A DNA stretch of 64,000 bases from the human T2T-CHM13v2.0 reference genome, Homo sapiens: assembly GCF_009914755.1 (NCBI RefSeq), contig NC_060934.1. One strand, 5' to 3'. Position numbers and translations under genes: made by a program. Position 1 is the stretch's first letter, and each line of letters starts with the position of its first letter. Of this stretch, positions 51,940-64,000 are shown in pieces. Under the pieces are notes generated by a model. That model searched no databases and had not been told where the DNA came from. It saw only the letters and a program-made list of their open reading frames with translations.

Positions 51940-53000
51940 ACTTTTTTATAATTTCAACTTTTCAGGGGATACATGTGCAGGTTTGTTACACAGGTATACT
52001 GCATGGTGCTGAGGTTTGAGGTACAAATGATCCTGTCACCCAGGTACTGGGCATAGTACCCAATATGTAGTTTTTCAACCCTCACCCTCTAGTAACCCCC
52101 AATGTCTGTGTTCCCATCTTTATGTCCATGTGTACCCAATGTTTAGCTCCCACTTGTGAGAACATGTGGTATTTGATTTTCTGTTTCTGCATTAATTTTC
52201 TTAGAATAATGGCTTCCAGCTGCATCTATATTGCTGCAAAGGACATGATTTCATTCTTTTTTATGGTTGTGTAGTATTTCGTGGTGTGTATGTACCAGAT
52301 TTTCTTTATCTAGTCCACCATTGATCAGCACCTGGGTCAATTACATGTCTTTGCTATTGTGAATAATACTGCAATGAACATTCAAGTTCAAGTGTCTTTT
52401 TGATAGAACAATGTATTATCCTTTGGATATAAACCCAGTAATAGGATGCTAGGTTAAATAGTAGTTCTGAGTTCTTTGAGAAATCTCCGAACTGCTTTCC
52501 ACAGCGGCTAAACTAATTTACATTCCCACGCACAGTGTGTAAGTGTTCCCTTTTCTTCGAAGCCTTGCCAGTAGCTGTTATTTTTTGACTTTTAAATAAT
52601 AGCCATTCTGATGGGTATGAGACAGTATATGCCATTGTGGTTTTGATTTGCCTTTCACTGATGATCAGTGATGCTGAGGATTTTTTCAAATGTCTGTTGC
52701 CCACTTGTGTGTCTTCTTTTGAGGAGAGTCTGTTTATGTCCTTTGCCCACTTTTTAATGGGATTATTTTTTGCTTGTTGAATTGTTTATTTATAGATTCT
52801 GGATGTTAGACCTTTGTTGGATGCATAGTTTGAGAACGTTCCCTCCCATTCTGTGGGTTGTCTGTTTACTCTGTTGATAGTTTCTTTTGCTGTGCAGAAG
52901 CTCTTTAGTTTAATTAGGTCCCACTTGTCAATTTTTGGTTTTGTTGCAATTGCTTTTGAGGACTTAGCCATAAATTATTTGCCAAGGCTGACGTCATGAA
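51940..53000 (-). mobile_element. ~1.05-kb L1PA16/L1PB-like 3' fragment splitting a Charlie-type relic
   Basis: gatacatgtgcaggtttgttacac...ttttgctgtgcagaagctctttagtttaattaggtcccacttgtc; minus-strand ORFs [19 protein letters not shown] match the L1 ORF2 C-terminus. Confidence 0.92.
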
Positions 53001-53808
53001 TCTTTTCTTTTACAAAATACCTGTTGATATCCCAAGCAACTAGTAATGTCTAGCACACTTTGAAGTGTTGATCACTATGATCCTCAACTGTAGATGACCC
53101 TATAGCTTGAGCATATTTAATCAGAATTAAATTCCAATAGCCATATCAAAAATTGAGAACATCATACAGAATTGTTTTAAAAAGTCACTTTTGGATCCAT
53201 ACAGAACCCTGTGTTGCACAATTCCATGGGACAGCCCTGTGAACAGGGTCCCCCGGAGTTGGGCAACCCTGAAGTATGGGCCTATCATCAAATATTGGAT
53301 TAATGAAAGGCAAAGGAACTAAAATGTTTCCATCTATCAGAAATAATTTAGAATCCAGGGGCATGGGGGAGTCTAAGGAGAGGGTTTCCAAGATATTTAA
53401 CTCTCTTAACTTCATGGAAAATATTTCAGGATGAACTTTGCCAATTATAACTAAGCCAATAAATACAATTACATTAAATGTAGTCATATTCCTGCTCCTT
53501 TGAGCCTAGCTAATTTTACATTATAAAAGCATTTGATGAGAACACTTTGTATTTAGGTAACATCTTTCATCCCCAAGTCTCCAGGATCTACTTGAGAGAT
53601 GATTGGCAAGTAAATTCCCCAATGCAGAGGTCCCTCCTCTGGTGGAATGGTGAGTCTCTAACAGAAGAAGGAAATTTGCTGACACTGGAGTCACTGGCTA
53701 ACTATTGAAGATGGTATCAAAGCTAATCAGCAGACAGAAGAGCCAGTCTGGAGGACATGACTGTGGGCTTTATATTTCTGTGAATTAATTTAAGAAAAAT
53801 AAAAGGAA

Positions 53809-54128
<320 letters not shown>

Positions 54129-54369
54129 AAAATAAAAGGAATAGTTATTTCTTGTTCTCTTTGTGGTGCTCTAAGAATTTCACATTTAATCATGAGATGC
54201 CTGCTACCTCCAGGCCCCACTCATGCCTAAGAAGTGCCCCAAATTACTTTGCATTAGATGCTGGTTCCAAGTTCAGCAGGGAACCAGAAATGTTAGATGC
54301 ACATAAAAGTTGGGCATAGGGAGGAGGTGAGAAGGGCCAGCTTTGAGTTCCCTTCTACTTGGCAGGTGT

Positions 54370-54925
54370 CTTCTTTTTCTCTTATTTTCAAACAAAGTTT
54401 ATTATTTCCTCCTCTATGAGAAGAATATATTCTTATTATAGAAAATTTGGCAAAAATAGAAATGCAAGAAGCAAAGAAACTCCCATGATCCAAAGAGAAT
54501 CACTATTAACAATTTGATGTATTTCCCTCCAGTCTTTTTTCTATGCATTTTAAAAAACAGGATTACAGTCACACTGTATGTACAATCCTGATTCCAAGGT
54601 ATTGTGGTACAACCTAGGCATATGCCCATGTTTCTTTTCAAACTCCACATTAACAAATGACACCATATACTCTTGAAGGCAAGGACGGGGTCAGCTCTTA
54701 CTCATCATAGTGACACGAGGACCTAGTACAGACCTTGGCACACAGTAAATGTTGTTGAACAAAATAAAAATGAAGAGTAGGTCATGAAGTGGATATACCA
54801 GAATTTATGTAACCTGGCTTCCAATGCAGACATGAAAGTGCCTCCAATTGTTTGCTGTGTTAGGCAATGCTTAAATTTTGTTGTGCTTATTTTCTTTTTC
54901 TATGTTGAGATTATTACCTAGAGCA
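54370..54925 (-). mobile_element. Old L1ME/MC 3' relic with an L2 3' end inside (~54665-54770, +)
   Basis: tatagaaaatttggcaaaaatagaaa...cactattaacaatttgatgtatttccctccag; ttggcacacagtaaatgttgttgaac. Confidence 0.6.
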
Positions 54926-54929
54926 GATA

Positions 54930-55402
54930 CTGTCAGCATCTAGCTGTTTTCCCTCAACCTTTCTGAGGGGCACCTGCAGACAGTCCATGGGCAGTCTGCT
55001 GGCTTCCTGTGTCACCTGTCTGAGTTTGTTCTCTGTCGGTTGAAGCATACTTGGTCTATGGACATGTGGAATAGCCTGAATGTGCTCATGTTAATGTCCC
55101 TGAGCAACCCTCAGCCAATGGGAGTGGGAGTTACTGGGTAAACTTTCCAGCTTCCTTGCTTCTCAGGGTGACAACTGTAAGGTGTGTTCTACACAGTCTG
55201 TCAAGTGGTTCTAGAAAGATGGAAGCCCCAACTAGTCACAGTGTCCAACTCATTAGCGTGTCCATATATTGGCTTTCCTCTCATCCTTGCTTTCCACATT
55301 CTCCATTCCCTCATCATGCTTCCTGGGATCACCTCCCAAAGAAACTGCTTGCACCAAACCTTTGTCTCAGGCTCTACTTCAGGGGACCCCCAGCTAAATA
55401 TT
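54930..55402 (+). mobile_element. LTR16-like ERVL solo LTR
   Basis: gcaaccctcagccaatggg...cttcctgggatcacctcccaaagaaactgcttgcacc...tgtctcaggctctacttcagggg. Confidence 0.8.
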
Positions 55403-56614
55403 ATTAACGTTGGATAGAGTCTCAGAAGCAGAATTACCAAGTTAAACCAGATGGATTCCTTAAAGATTCGGGACACATATAGATTGGCAAGTAATTTCCA
55501 TATGGGGGTTTTCAGAGCTCTTTTACTAATCTCTGATTATACTCAAAGAATCTAGACCCTGAACTAGACCCTCAGGAAGAGGAGGAAAAGAAGTCAAAGC
55601 ACTTACCTGCCAGGTCTGCACTGTAGGATTGTTAAGCAGTTTCGTTTGAGTTTGTTCTTTTGTTGTTCACTTTTCTCTGTTGTTTGCCTTGCTTCATTTT
55701 CTCCTGTGTTCCTGGACAGAGGCCAGTGGTTATAGAATGTTCCCTTTTGTCTCTACAAATGGAAAAAGGGGGAATTGACTGCAGCAGAGAAAAGAATCTG
55801 GGAGGAAGGATGAGTGAAACGTTGCTTTGGAATATTTCAGCCTTGGGTCTCTGTAACAACCAGTTTGGTATTTTCAAGGAAAATGAAAGAAATAGACTGT
55901 GCTATAAACAGGTTTTTGTCATCATTAAACCCTTGCAATCTATGAAGAGTATGCACTGTTGTGTTCCAAAATAAAGCTGCATGTTTGGGGATTGTCATAG
56001 TGACCTAGAAATCACAGTTTCTCCAGGGAGACATAGGAATGAAGTTTCCTAACAGCTTTACCGCTAAAGCCATGGCTGCACACAGAAAAAGGACTGAGCC
56101 TGTTTTTCCAGAAATGAGAGACAAATTACCCTTTTTCCTAAGGTTGCCTGGACATTCCAAGAAAGCCTGGTCAATCTTTGCTGGATGGACATGGAAAATA
56201 GACGGTTGAGCACTTACCTTTTGTGTCCAGGTACACAAAATCCTTATCTATCCAGTTTTTGCACATTACATGTGATGGAGATTTTTTCTTTTGTTTTTGT
56301 TGTTTACAGAATGAAGAGAAGGATGCCTTGGTCAAGGTCAGCTTAAAGTCAGTTGTTAACTTAGACGTGCCCTTCCTCCAACCAGAAAATGGAAAATGTC
56401 AGATGCCTCCCAATTGTCCTGAGTCCGTGCATCCTTTCTAAAACTTCCCCAAGCTCTTCCCCACTCTTGAAAATTCTAGCTTACTCATACATCCATTTTT
56501 TGGGGGAAGGGAATCACACCACACCCACAAACTGGATGCTTGGCTGCCTGCAGGAACAACTCCAGCAGAGTTCTAGGTTGGGCTGATGTGGGAGCACCCC
56601 ATGTTGTGGTGGAG

Positions 56615-57031
56615 GAGCTTATGTGGCAGAGACGGCTTCATGTTTACCAAACTTGACTTCTTTTTCCTTCTAGGATGCACAGCTAGACAATGCATCCCAG
56701 CCGCCATCACTGTTCCGTGGACCACGTGATTGGCAGAGGGAAGATCTATGTCATTTCCAGCCCTGGCTCTGTCTTCTCCACCCCTTCACACTCTGTCTTT
56801 CCACCACTCTTACAAGTGGCTGTGCAGCGCTCCCAGGCCGCATGGGATGAGGGAAAATGATGGCAAAAGACTGGTCCTTAAGTCATGGCACAGGAGTGAC
56901 CCACATAAGAGAACTCCTGGCCAGAGACATCAACACGAGACATCACATGACTGAGAAATAGTCTTTCATCATGTGAAGGCATTGACTTTTGGAGTTATTT
57001 GTTATTGCAATGAATCTACTCTGACTCATAC
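56615..57031 (+). mobile_element. MLT1J-like MaLR LTR
   Basis: gcacagctagacaatgcatcccagcc...gagaaatagtctttcat...ttatttgttattgca...ctgactcataca. Confidence 0.7.
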
Positions 57032-57819
57032 ATATTGCAAGTATCTGTTGCCTCTTGGCGTGTGTATGAGTTCGCCTACATGGCAGAGTCAATTCTGCTG
57101 TCTGTCCCACCAAGCTCACCAAAGCTATTTGCATGAAGGATCCTTCAGTCACAAAACAGTGAGAAGGGCATGTGAACAGCATGCAATCAAAGCATGTTCT
57201 CAATATCATGAGTGCACAGGAGTGGAAGTGTTCAGTTCAACTGTGACCACAGGGATGAGAGGCCACATGGCATGAGGAGGGTAGTGACTCCAATCAGATG
57301 TGCAACCCATAGAACCCCAGACTAACTTTTGGACTATCTTTGCACTTAAGGAAGCATCAGCCTGGCATCCATTAGCAACCCAGAAGCAGTTGGAATCTGT
57401 ATTGCAGTCCCATCATAATGCAAAGCAAAATTTACAATTCTTTTCCCCTTCTTCTGAGATATAGTGCACACCCTCGGCTGCTTCCCAAGCCTCTCTTCTC
57501 CTCTATGCCAAACCCACCCCCTTAAACCTCTCCCTAAACCCATTCCAAGCTGTTATTCTAAACTTCTCCACCTCTTCCTGCCTTTTCCCGACTACTCTTT
57601 TGTCCCAGTAAATAACTCTCCACCTTCTCCTCTGCAAATCAAGCCGGACTTTCTGGCCTGCCTGGACTTAACATTTCCTGTTACGACTCATAGGCTCAAT
57701 TCGTGAGTCGATCATAGACCCAGAAAGGTCCAAAAATGAAAACAGATTCTTCTTAGGGGTGTGTTGAGGGAGTGGCTATAAATATTTACACATTATTATC
57801 ATTACTTTTTTTGGATCAC

Positions 57820-58000
57820 AGATTGTCAACTCCACTGCTTGTGAGTTAGGCAATCTTGGGTAAATTCTTCACCATCCCTTAGCCTCAATCTCCTGCCTTG
57901 TAAAATGGGGTTTATTGACCTTCTCAGGATTGTGGTGGGGAGTAAATGAGATGTGGTATGTGAACGTAGTTTGCATATACCCAGCAGTAAGCAATGTTTT
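57820..58000 (+). mobile_element. MIR SINE
   Basis: cttgggtaaatt...gcctcaatctcctgccttgtaaaatgggg...gtaaatgagat. Confidence 0.8.
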
Positions 58001-58114
58001 TTCTGCCCTTTCTGAACTCGTGGCTCCTTTGCTTTATGTGAGCAGAGTTGGAGGTGCAGGCCTAGCCCAACGACATAAAGGAAGGTAAACTGAGATGCCA
58101 GTCGTCAGCAGCAC

Positions 58115-58358
58115 CCGGTTTTGATACCAGCTCCTCTGGATCTCACTCTTGAGTTCCCTGGTCAACTTTCAAGTGACCTTGAAGGGAGAACTGCATTTCC
58201 CGTGCCTCCAGCAGAGTGTTTCCACCACAAGGGAAACATGCCCACCCCTTGTCCCCCAGGGTGGGTTGCGAAGGTTAATGAATTGGTATTTGTGAAGTGC
58301 TTTGAGATCTGTGGATGAAAGGCCCTATGAAGTCAAAAGCGTTGGGATGATTATTAAA
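58115..58358 (+). mobile_element. Ancient amniote CORE-SINE (MIR1_Amn/LF-SINE-type tail)
   Basis: 3' tail aggttaatgaattggtatttgtgaagtgctttgagatctgtggatgaaaggccctat...attatt differs from the mammalian MIR tail. Confidence 0.6.
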
Positions 58359-58859
58359 TTGCCTTGCCTGAGGTCAGACAGCGCAGGACTAGGGGAGCTA
58401 GAAAGGGAAGACTCGTTTCCTTTCTTCCATTCCCCTGCTGGAACAACTAAGACCGTAACCTGTTCTTGTTAAGATGGGCTGTCCCTCTGTGGGTGGATGT
58501 CCTCGGGCCTCACATCCTGTCTCTTTTATTCCCAGCACCCTGGTTAGGACCAGGCTCTGGCTCCTCACCAGCCTGCTCATTGGAATGCCAGACAGCTCCC
58601 TCGCTCTTGGGGAGAGCTCTGGTTTGCTGGGTTTTTAGAAGCTCAGGGAAACTGTCGTGTGAGAGACAGACATTTTCACTTGACCGTGAGACCCTTCTTG
58701 AGAAAGAAGGGGCAGTTTCTCCTGTGCCAGCTGGACACCAAAACAAAGGAGGAGCTTTGCTGTGGCTGAATTTGGGGGGTTGCATTCTGCACCAACCAGC
58801 TCTTTTCTAAACCCCATTTTCTTTTCTCTGTCTCTCTCTCTCTCTCTCTCTTTTGCTTT

Positions 58860-59600
58860 CTCCATTCAACCAGCTTGGCAGTTGCAATATTTGTTTTCCA
58901 AACATTTCCTCCATACCTTTGTTTTTTCCTTCTCCCACATTGGCTGTTGTATAGACACCTCATTGCTATTCAGACACCTGTCACTTTCGGATGTCAGTGT
59001 GGCTGTTGCCACACTGATTAGTTAAGATGAAGAAAAAAATGCAGTGGCATATAAATAAAAAATTAGAGACTGTCACATTGTTTAAAAAGGGCCCACCTCC
59101 CAATGCCAGATCTCGGCAGAGCAGCGTCCTTCTCTTTCCTAGGTAACCCAGCTAAGGGGACCACTTATAATGTCTTGTTTTTAGTGATTAAGTGGTTAAT
59201 GATTTAATGAACTAAAAAAAAATCTCATTTGTTGCTTCCCTTGGACTTGGAAAAAACCTCAAAGAGCTGATTTTCTGTGTACCTCAGTCCAATATTGCTA
59301 CCTGCTGGGATACGAACACAGTCTCTAAATAAATTGCTAGTGGCCTTAGGCGGGTGGAAGAGTCTCCCTTTGATCCTGCTCGAGCGGATGAAGTCAAATG
59401 TTCAATCAATCAATCACGTTCATAACTTGCAGCTACAATCGAGCTGACAACAGCCTATTATTTATTTTTAAAATCATATATTTCATTATTGCAAAACACA
59501 CAGGCTCTCACGAGGGGGAAAAGACTAAATTATTGATAAGCCATATAGATGACGGAGTTTGTTGTTTCTGACACGCTTGTCACTAACTATTGTCAGGAAG
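58860..59600. promoter_or_regulatory. Putative enhancer (HNF1, ONECUT/PBX, GATA, FOX, C/EBP-like motifs)
   Basis: GGTTAATGATTTAAT 59194-59208; ATCAATCAATCA 59405-59416; TATTGATAAG 59531-59540; TTGGCA/TTGCAAT/TATTTGTTT 58875-58896; no recognisable repeats. Confidence 0.45.
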
Positions 59601-59934
59601 GATTTACTAAGATGTAGAGTCAGGAAAGTTGGCGAGGGATGTACGTCGTGCCAAAGCAGAGATGAGGAGAGGAAACTCTAATGGCCTCTCTCTCTCTTAT
59701 TGAATTCTTGTAGGTAAAAGGCAGCTGAAGGCAGAACAGGTTTCTATTGCAAAGCAACACTTGAAAAGCCCCCAATTTGATTGCTACAGAGCAGGAGATT
59801 TGGTTCTCAAAATAGCCATGCGTTTGGGAAATGAATTTTTGCTGGTGTCTGTGCATTCCTGGAAATAACAATCGTAGCTCTCCAGCATTCCCACATGGGC
59901 CAGGGCCAGGCATATTTATTCAATATTGTGTGTT

Positions 59935-60115
59935 GGGGCGGGGGCGGGGGAGGCGATGTGCAAACGCAGCCTGAAGAAGCTGGCGTGGGGGAGGCCGGCT
60001 TTGGTTTCCTCTTGTTTTCGGAGGTGGGAGAAGATGCTCTCCTGCCGTACCTCCGCCAGGCCCCTGAGCTGGCAGGGCGTCTGCAATGGAGGTGTCTTCC
60101 CTACAGACCTGCGAT
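59935..60115. promoter_or_regulatory. CpG-retaining GC-box patch (promoter- or enhancer-like)
   Basis: GGGGCGGGGGCGGGGG 59935-59950; ~11 CpGs in 180 bp. Confidence 0.45.
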
Positions 60116-60719
60116 TGAACTTCTCTAATGGGTTTAGGGGAAGGAAAAGCAGTCAGAAAACTGCTGACCACTCCTTTCCGTGTGCTTCTCTCTTTTCTGT
60201 TTTCTGGGTCACTAGCTGGGGAGGTCGTGGCAAGCTGAGATCTTAAAGCTGCCATTGACCCCCTTGTCTGAACAGTGATGAGTTGGACTGAAAACTCTCC
60301 CAGACGCCGCATTGTCACCTGGTTGTCACCTCCACCATAAGAAGGGGGTTGCTCCTGGATTTGCTGGAAGAAAAAGCCCCCTGGTCTAAAGGAAGAGGAG
60401 ATGTTTTGTTAAGGGAACTTAAATGTGCACACAGACAGATCCAATCCTAGAGAACAAGTACCATTAAAATGGAACAAAAACAGCCATGGAACTAAAGATT
60501 CCTAACTTCCCCTCCCTCCCCGCCCCCACTGGTACTTCCTGAACTCAAGTACAATGTAAGTAAAATCGAAGCTCCTTTGGAAGTTCAGTGAAAATTTGAC
60601 TTGCACTCCTAAATTATTCGCTAATTACAAGATGATCTCCCAGTTGCTGGGGTGGGGAGAGACAGTGCTACGTGTATACTCTAGAACTAAAGGTTTCTCA
60701 AGGCCAAAGGGCCCTTCAG

Positions 60720-60830
60720 AATTAATTTTTCCCCCCATTTCATAGATGAGAAAACTAAAAGTCAGAGAAATTGGAATCAGACATCCAGTTAGCAGCAGAT
60801 AGGGGACCAGACCCGGGGCCTCCAACCCCT
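60720..60830 (-). mobile_element. MIR SINE
   Basis: ccccatttcatagatgagaaaactaaaagtcagagaa. Confidence 0.75.
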
Positions 60831-61231
60831 TCCCTGAGGTGGAGCCGGACACCATTAACAGAGCTTAGATCAGAAAAGAGGCAATTTGATTCCTTATAGA
60901 GTGCTCTGTCTCCCACGTTCTGCTGCCTGCTGGTGGAGTATTCCAGCATGCATTCGTCTGGTTTTAACATACTAACTTCATTCAGAACCCAACCAGAACT
61001 CTCACTCAATCACATGTGCTTTCGCAATGCTGACCCCTGACAATGAGTAGGCAAGGGTATTACAGGATTAGGATTTGGAAATAACTTCTGAATCCATAAG
61101 AAGACAACTGAACCCCTCTTCTGGGAGTCGGGGGCCCTTGCTCCCAGCTCTGTACTACCACTTCTCTGGTGTGATGGGCTTGGCGGAAGCTGCCCCTTCT
61201 GGGCTTCTGTCCAGGAGGTGAGGAGTGGTCG

Positions 61232-61666
61232 TGACAAAGTCCTTGACCACATTTCAGCCAGGCTCCTCGCCCTCTGCTCAAATATGCATCCACCTCAGCC
61301 CCAGTCCTTGCTGGGCCTGCACATCCCAGTTTTAGAGAAAACCCTGCTGAGTTGGTTTAGAGAAAATCTCCCACCCTTGATATTTGTTCATCATAGGCTG
61401 GCTTCAGCAAGAATCCTCTTAGTCCATTTAGCAAGAATCTCTCCCAACATTGGATGAATCCCCTTAGCAATTTTCCATCCACTGACTCCACACCTCCACC
61501 CCACAAACCTACTCCCTGACTATCAATCTCCACTGGCTCTGTTGCTGTTGTATTCGGTATGGCTCTCATTCCATGCTGAGGTCTCTTTTCCCCTACCCCA
61601 ACAGGGTTCTGAATAAAATTCATTTTTACCACTTGAATTACTGTCCAGTTCTGATTCTCTTTGACA
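61232..61666 (+). mobile_element. MER31-like ERV1 solo LTR
   Basis: TGacaaagtccttgacc...agcaagaatcc...ctgAATAAAattc...ctctttgaCA. Confidence 0.8.
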
Positions 61667-61761
61667 ATCTACACATCCTTCAAGTCAACTTCTAAGTCCA
61701 AAATTCTGCATAAAATTCTATATAAAATCCTATTCAGTGATATTTTCCATTCAATTTATTT

Positions 61762-62093
<332 letters not shown>

Positions 62094-62269
62094 TCAATTT
62101 ATTTTTTGAACATTTTGCCACCTAGGATGGCACGTATGGAAACTGAGTTGACCAAAGCCATTGATGCACCGGAATAAACCATTTCTTACCATCTTCATGA
62201 TACAGTAGAAATAAATCTTCACAGAAACCAAAAAACAAAGCAAAACAACGACAACAACAAAAACATGGC

Positions 62270-62480
62270 TTCACTGGAACAAAGAGAGCTGTTGAACTTG
62301 GGTGTGGCATGGAATCTGTCTGCACCTCAGTTTCCTCATCTGTTCAATGGGGAAACTGATTTCTTTTCTCCACACCCAGTTGGGGCAGATTGCCATGAGG
62401 ATCTAAACCCAATGCATAAGTGAGGGGAGGGAAAAAAAGAAGCTTAAAGTGCACCACAGAGGTAGAGTAGGAGCATTATT
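62270..62480 (+). mobile_element. MIR SINE
   Basis: gcacctcagtttcctcatctgttcaatgggg...ccatgaggatctaaa. Confidence 0.8.
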
Positions 62481-64000
62481 GGGTGGTGGGAATTTGCTCT
62501 AGATGAGAGAGAGCCTGCTGCAAATATAGGATTACATTTTTAATTACCTTCAGATGCCGACCTATGTAAACAGGCCTGTTATGCCTCTTTGGGAGGGGAT
62601 AGGAGAAACGGATGGGATGGGACTCATTAACTTGCTGGCAATGCTTTTTTTGTGGCAGTTTTAAGGAAAACCTTTAGGAGAGGGAAAAACAGCCGCCTCT
62701 GTTCACAGCTGCAATGGCAAAGAGATGCAAAAGAGCCGGTCCTTCTTCCTCTTTCCATCCTTTTCTGTTTTCTGTTCTGGGAGGTGCATTTGTCCACTTA
62801 CAGCACTTGGCAACTTCTCTTTGGCAATGTTCATAAACGTTGCAGTGCAGGCATTTCCTGTGTGTGGTTTTTTTCCTTTTGAAGCTTGTTTGCTGCACCC
62901 TTTGGTGAGAGTTGCACCTCAAGGAGGGCTGGAGTACCTGTATAGTGCTGGATTGTGCAATGCCAGACAGATGGCTTTTTTTTACCCCTGGCAAGATAAG
63001 ACTCTATGAAGTATGATTTTGTTAATAGTCTCTCTCCCAGTCCTGGTCCTCTTGGGAGCCTCCCATGATTGGTCAGTTGGATGATTATAATGGGCACTAA
63101 TTATACCTGGAAGCTAAGGTATAGCAGGCCTCACTTACAAAGCCCTTGGTGATAAGGATTTTGGTAAATACAATGAGACGAAAACGACTTAATCTTTCTA
63201 AAAGGACAAAAGAATTACTTCTTGAAAAATGAGCAACTTAAGAAAACGGTTAAACAGAGGAAAGAGAAATGAAACAGAAATGCTTCCAGCTTTTTACCGA
63301 TGAGGAGAGAAGAGGCAAATTTGGATTAACCCTGTGTGGACTGCCGTGGACTCAGTTGAGAGCAGTCATCATCTCGTCCTGGATGGATACTAAGAATGTT
63401 CTGATGACACAGTGACTCCCAATAAAGGGAATTCTCAAGTGTGAAAGCCAAATACAGCCCTTCTTTCTAGACCCTAAATATGTACATTGAAGCCAAGAAA
63501 TAGCCCCAACCTACGCCCAGATACAAAGGCCCTTAGTAAGGCTTTTCTTCCTTCTGAATGATTCATGAGCAGCTATGCCCCAGACCGTGAGGCTGATCTT
63601 TAGCCTGTAGCTCTTCCCCCTAGAATTTATCAACCACGAGTGTTCAGCAAGGCCAGGATGACTGTAGGAGAGCACGCAGAAGAGGGAGCTTGTGCACAGA
63701 GAGGCAACGAAGGCCACATGAGTTCCAGAAGGAACTTCCTGGAAGGAGGGGTTCTGAGCATAGGGAGCAGAAGGAAGCCATACAGCTAAGGGAGAATTGA
63801 GACTTGCTATTTCCAGAGGAGAGCTGATGCCAGTGTTCCACACACCTGTGTGGACTTTCCATTGATTTCTTTCCAGCAGCTGGCTTGCTTCTTCATGATT
63901 TTGGAATGACCCAATTAGGCAGGGCTGTGGTAGCTTAGTACCGCGCTGCTCATTGGAGCATCTGGCCACATGGACCAGGACACCCCCAGGCCTAATCTCC

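Noticed and set aside
52513-52971. ORFs resembling L1 ORF2p
   Set aside because: Short fragments of a 5'-truncated, decayed L1 with no coding capacity.
53213-53270. Imperfect hairpin gttgcacaattccatgggac...gtcccccggagttgggcaac
   Set aside because: 16/20 arms; resembles the intrinsic palindrome of MER91-type hAT relics and is too short for a pre-miRNA.

Overview
Human genomic DNA: two essentially consensus AluYb8 elements, a human-specific subfamily, are present. The window is intergenic or deep-intronic, and I cannot name the locus. There is no credible protein-coding gene, RNA gene or CRISPR array. Most supplied ORFs are chance or Alu/L1/LTR-derived frames. Very roughly half the window (by eye) is interspersed repeat: 13 Alu/Alu-monomer copies, many MIR/L2 relics, MaLR/ERV1/ERVL solo LTRs, hAT DNA transposons, and an ~8.7 kb nested L1-in-L1 block at 25.0-33.8 kb. 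The only gene-derived sequence is a full-length processed PPIA (cyclophilin A) pseudogene with a 12-bp target-site duplication (TSD). The most notable observations are: (1) a ~100-nt, 34/37-bp inverted repeat inside an old MLT1 LTR that looks like a de novo pre-miRNA-like hairpin; (2) two 287/288-identical AluYb8 copies in inverted orientation 7.6 kb apart, bracketing a motif-rich putative enhancer/promoter; (3) a strong CTCF motif in a small CpG-rich patch followed by a consensus splice donor; (4) homeodomain/TALE and HNF1/ONECUT/GATA/FOX motif clusters in repeat-free DNA; (5) a PPIA retrocopy that appears to preserve an ancestral stop codon and 5'UTR. Repeat subfamily names come from recalled consensus sequences, not from a RepeatMasker run. 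Regulatory calls are motif-level inference. I found no evidence of a multi-gene novel system.
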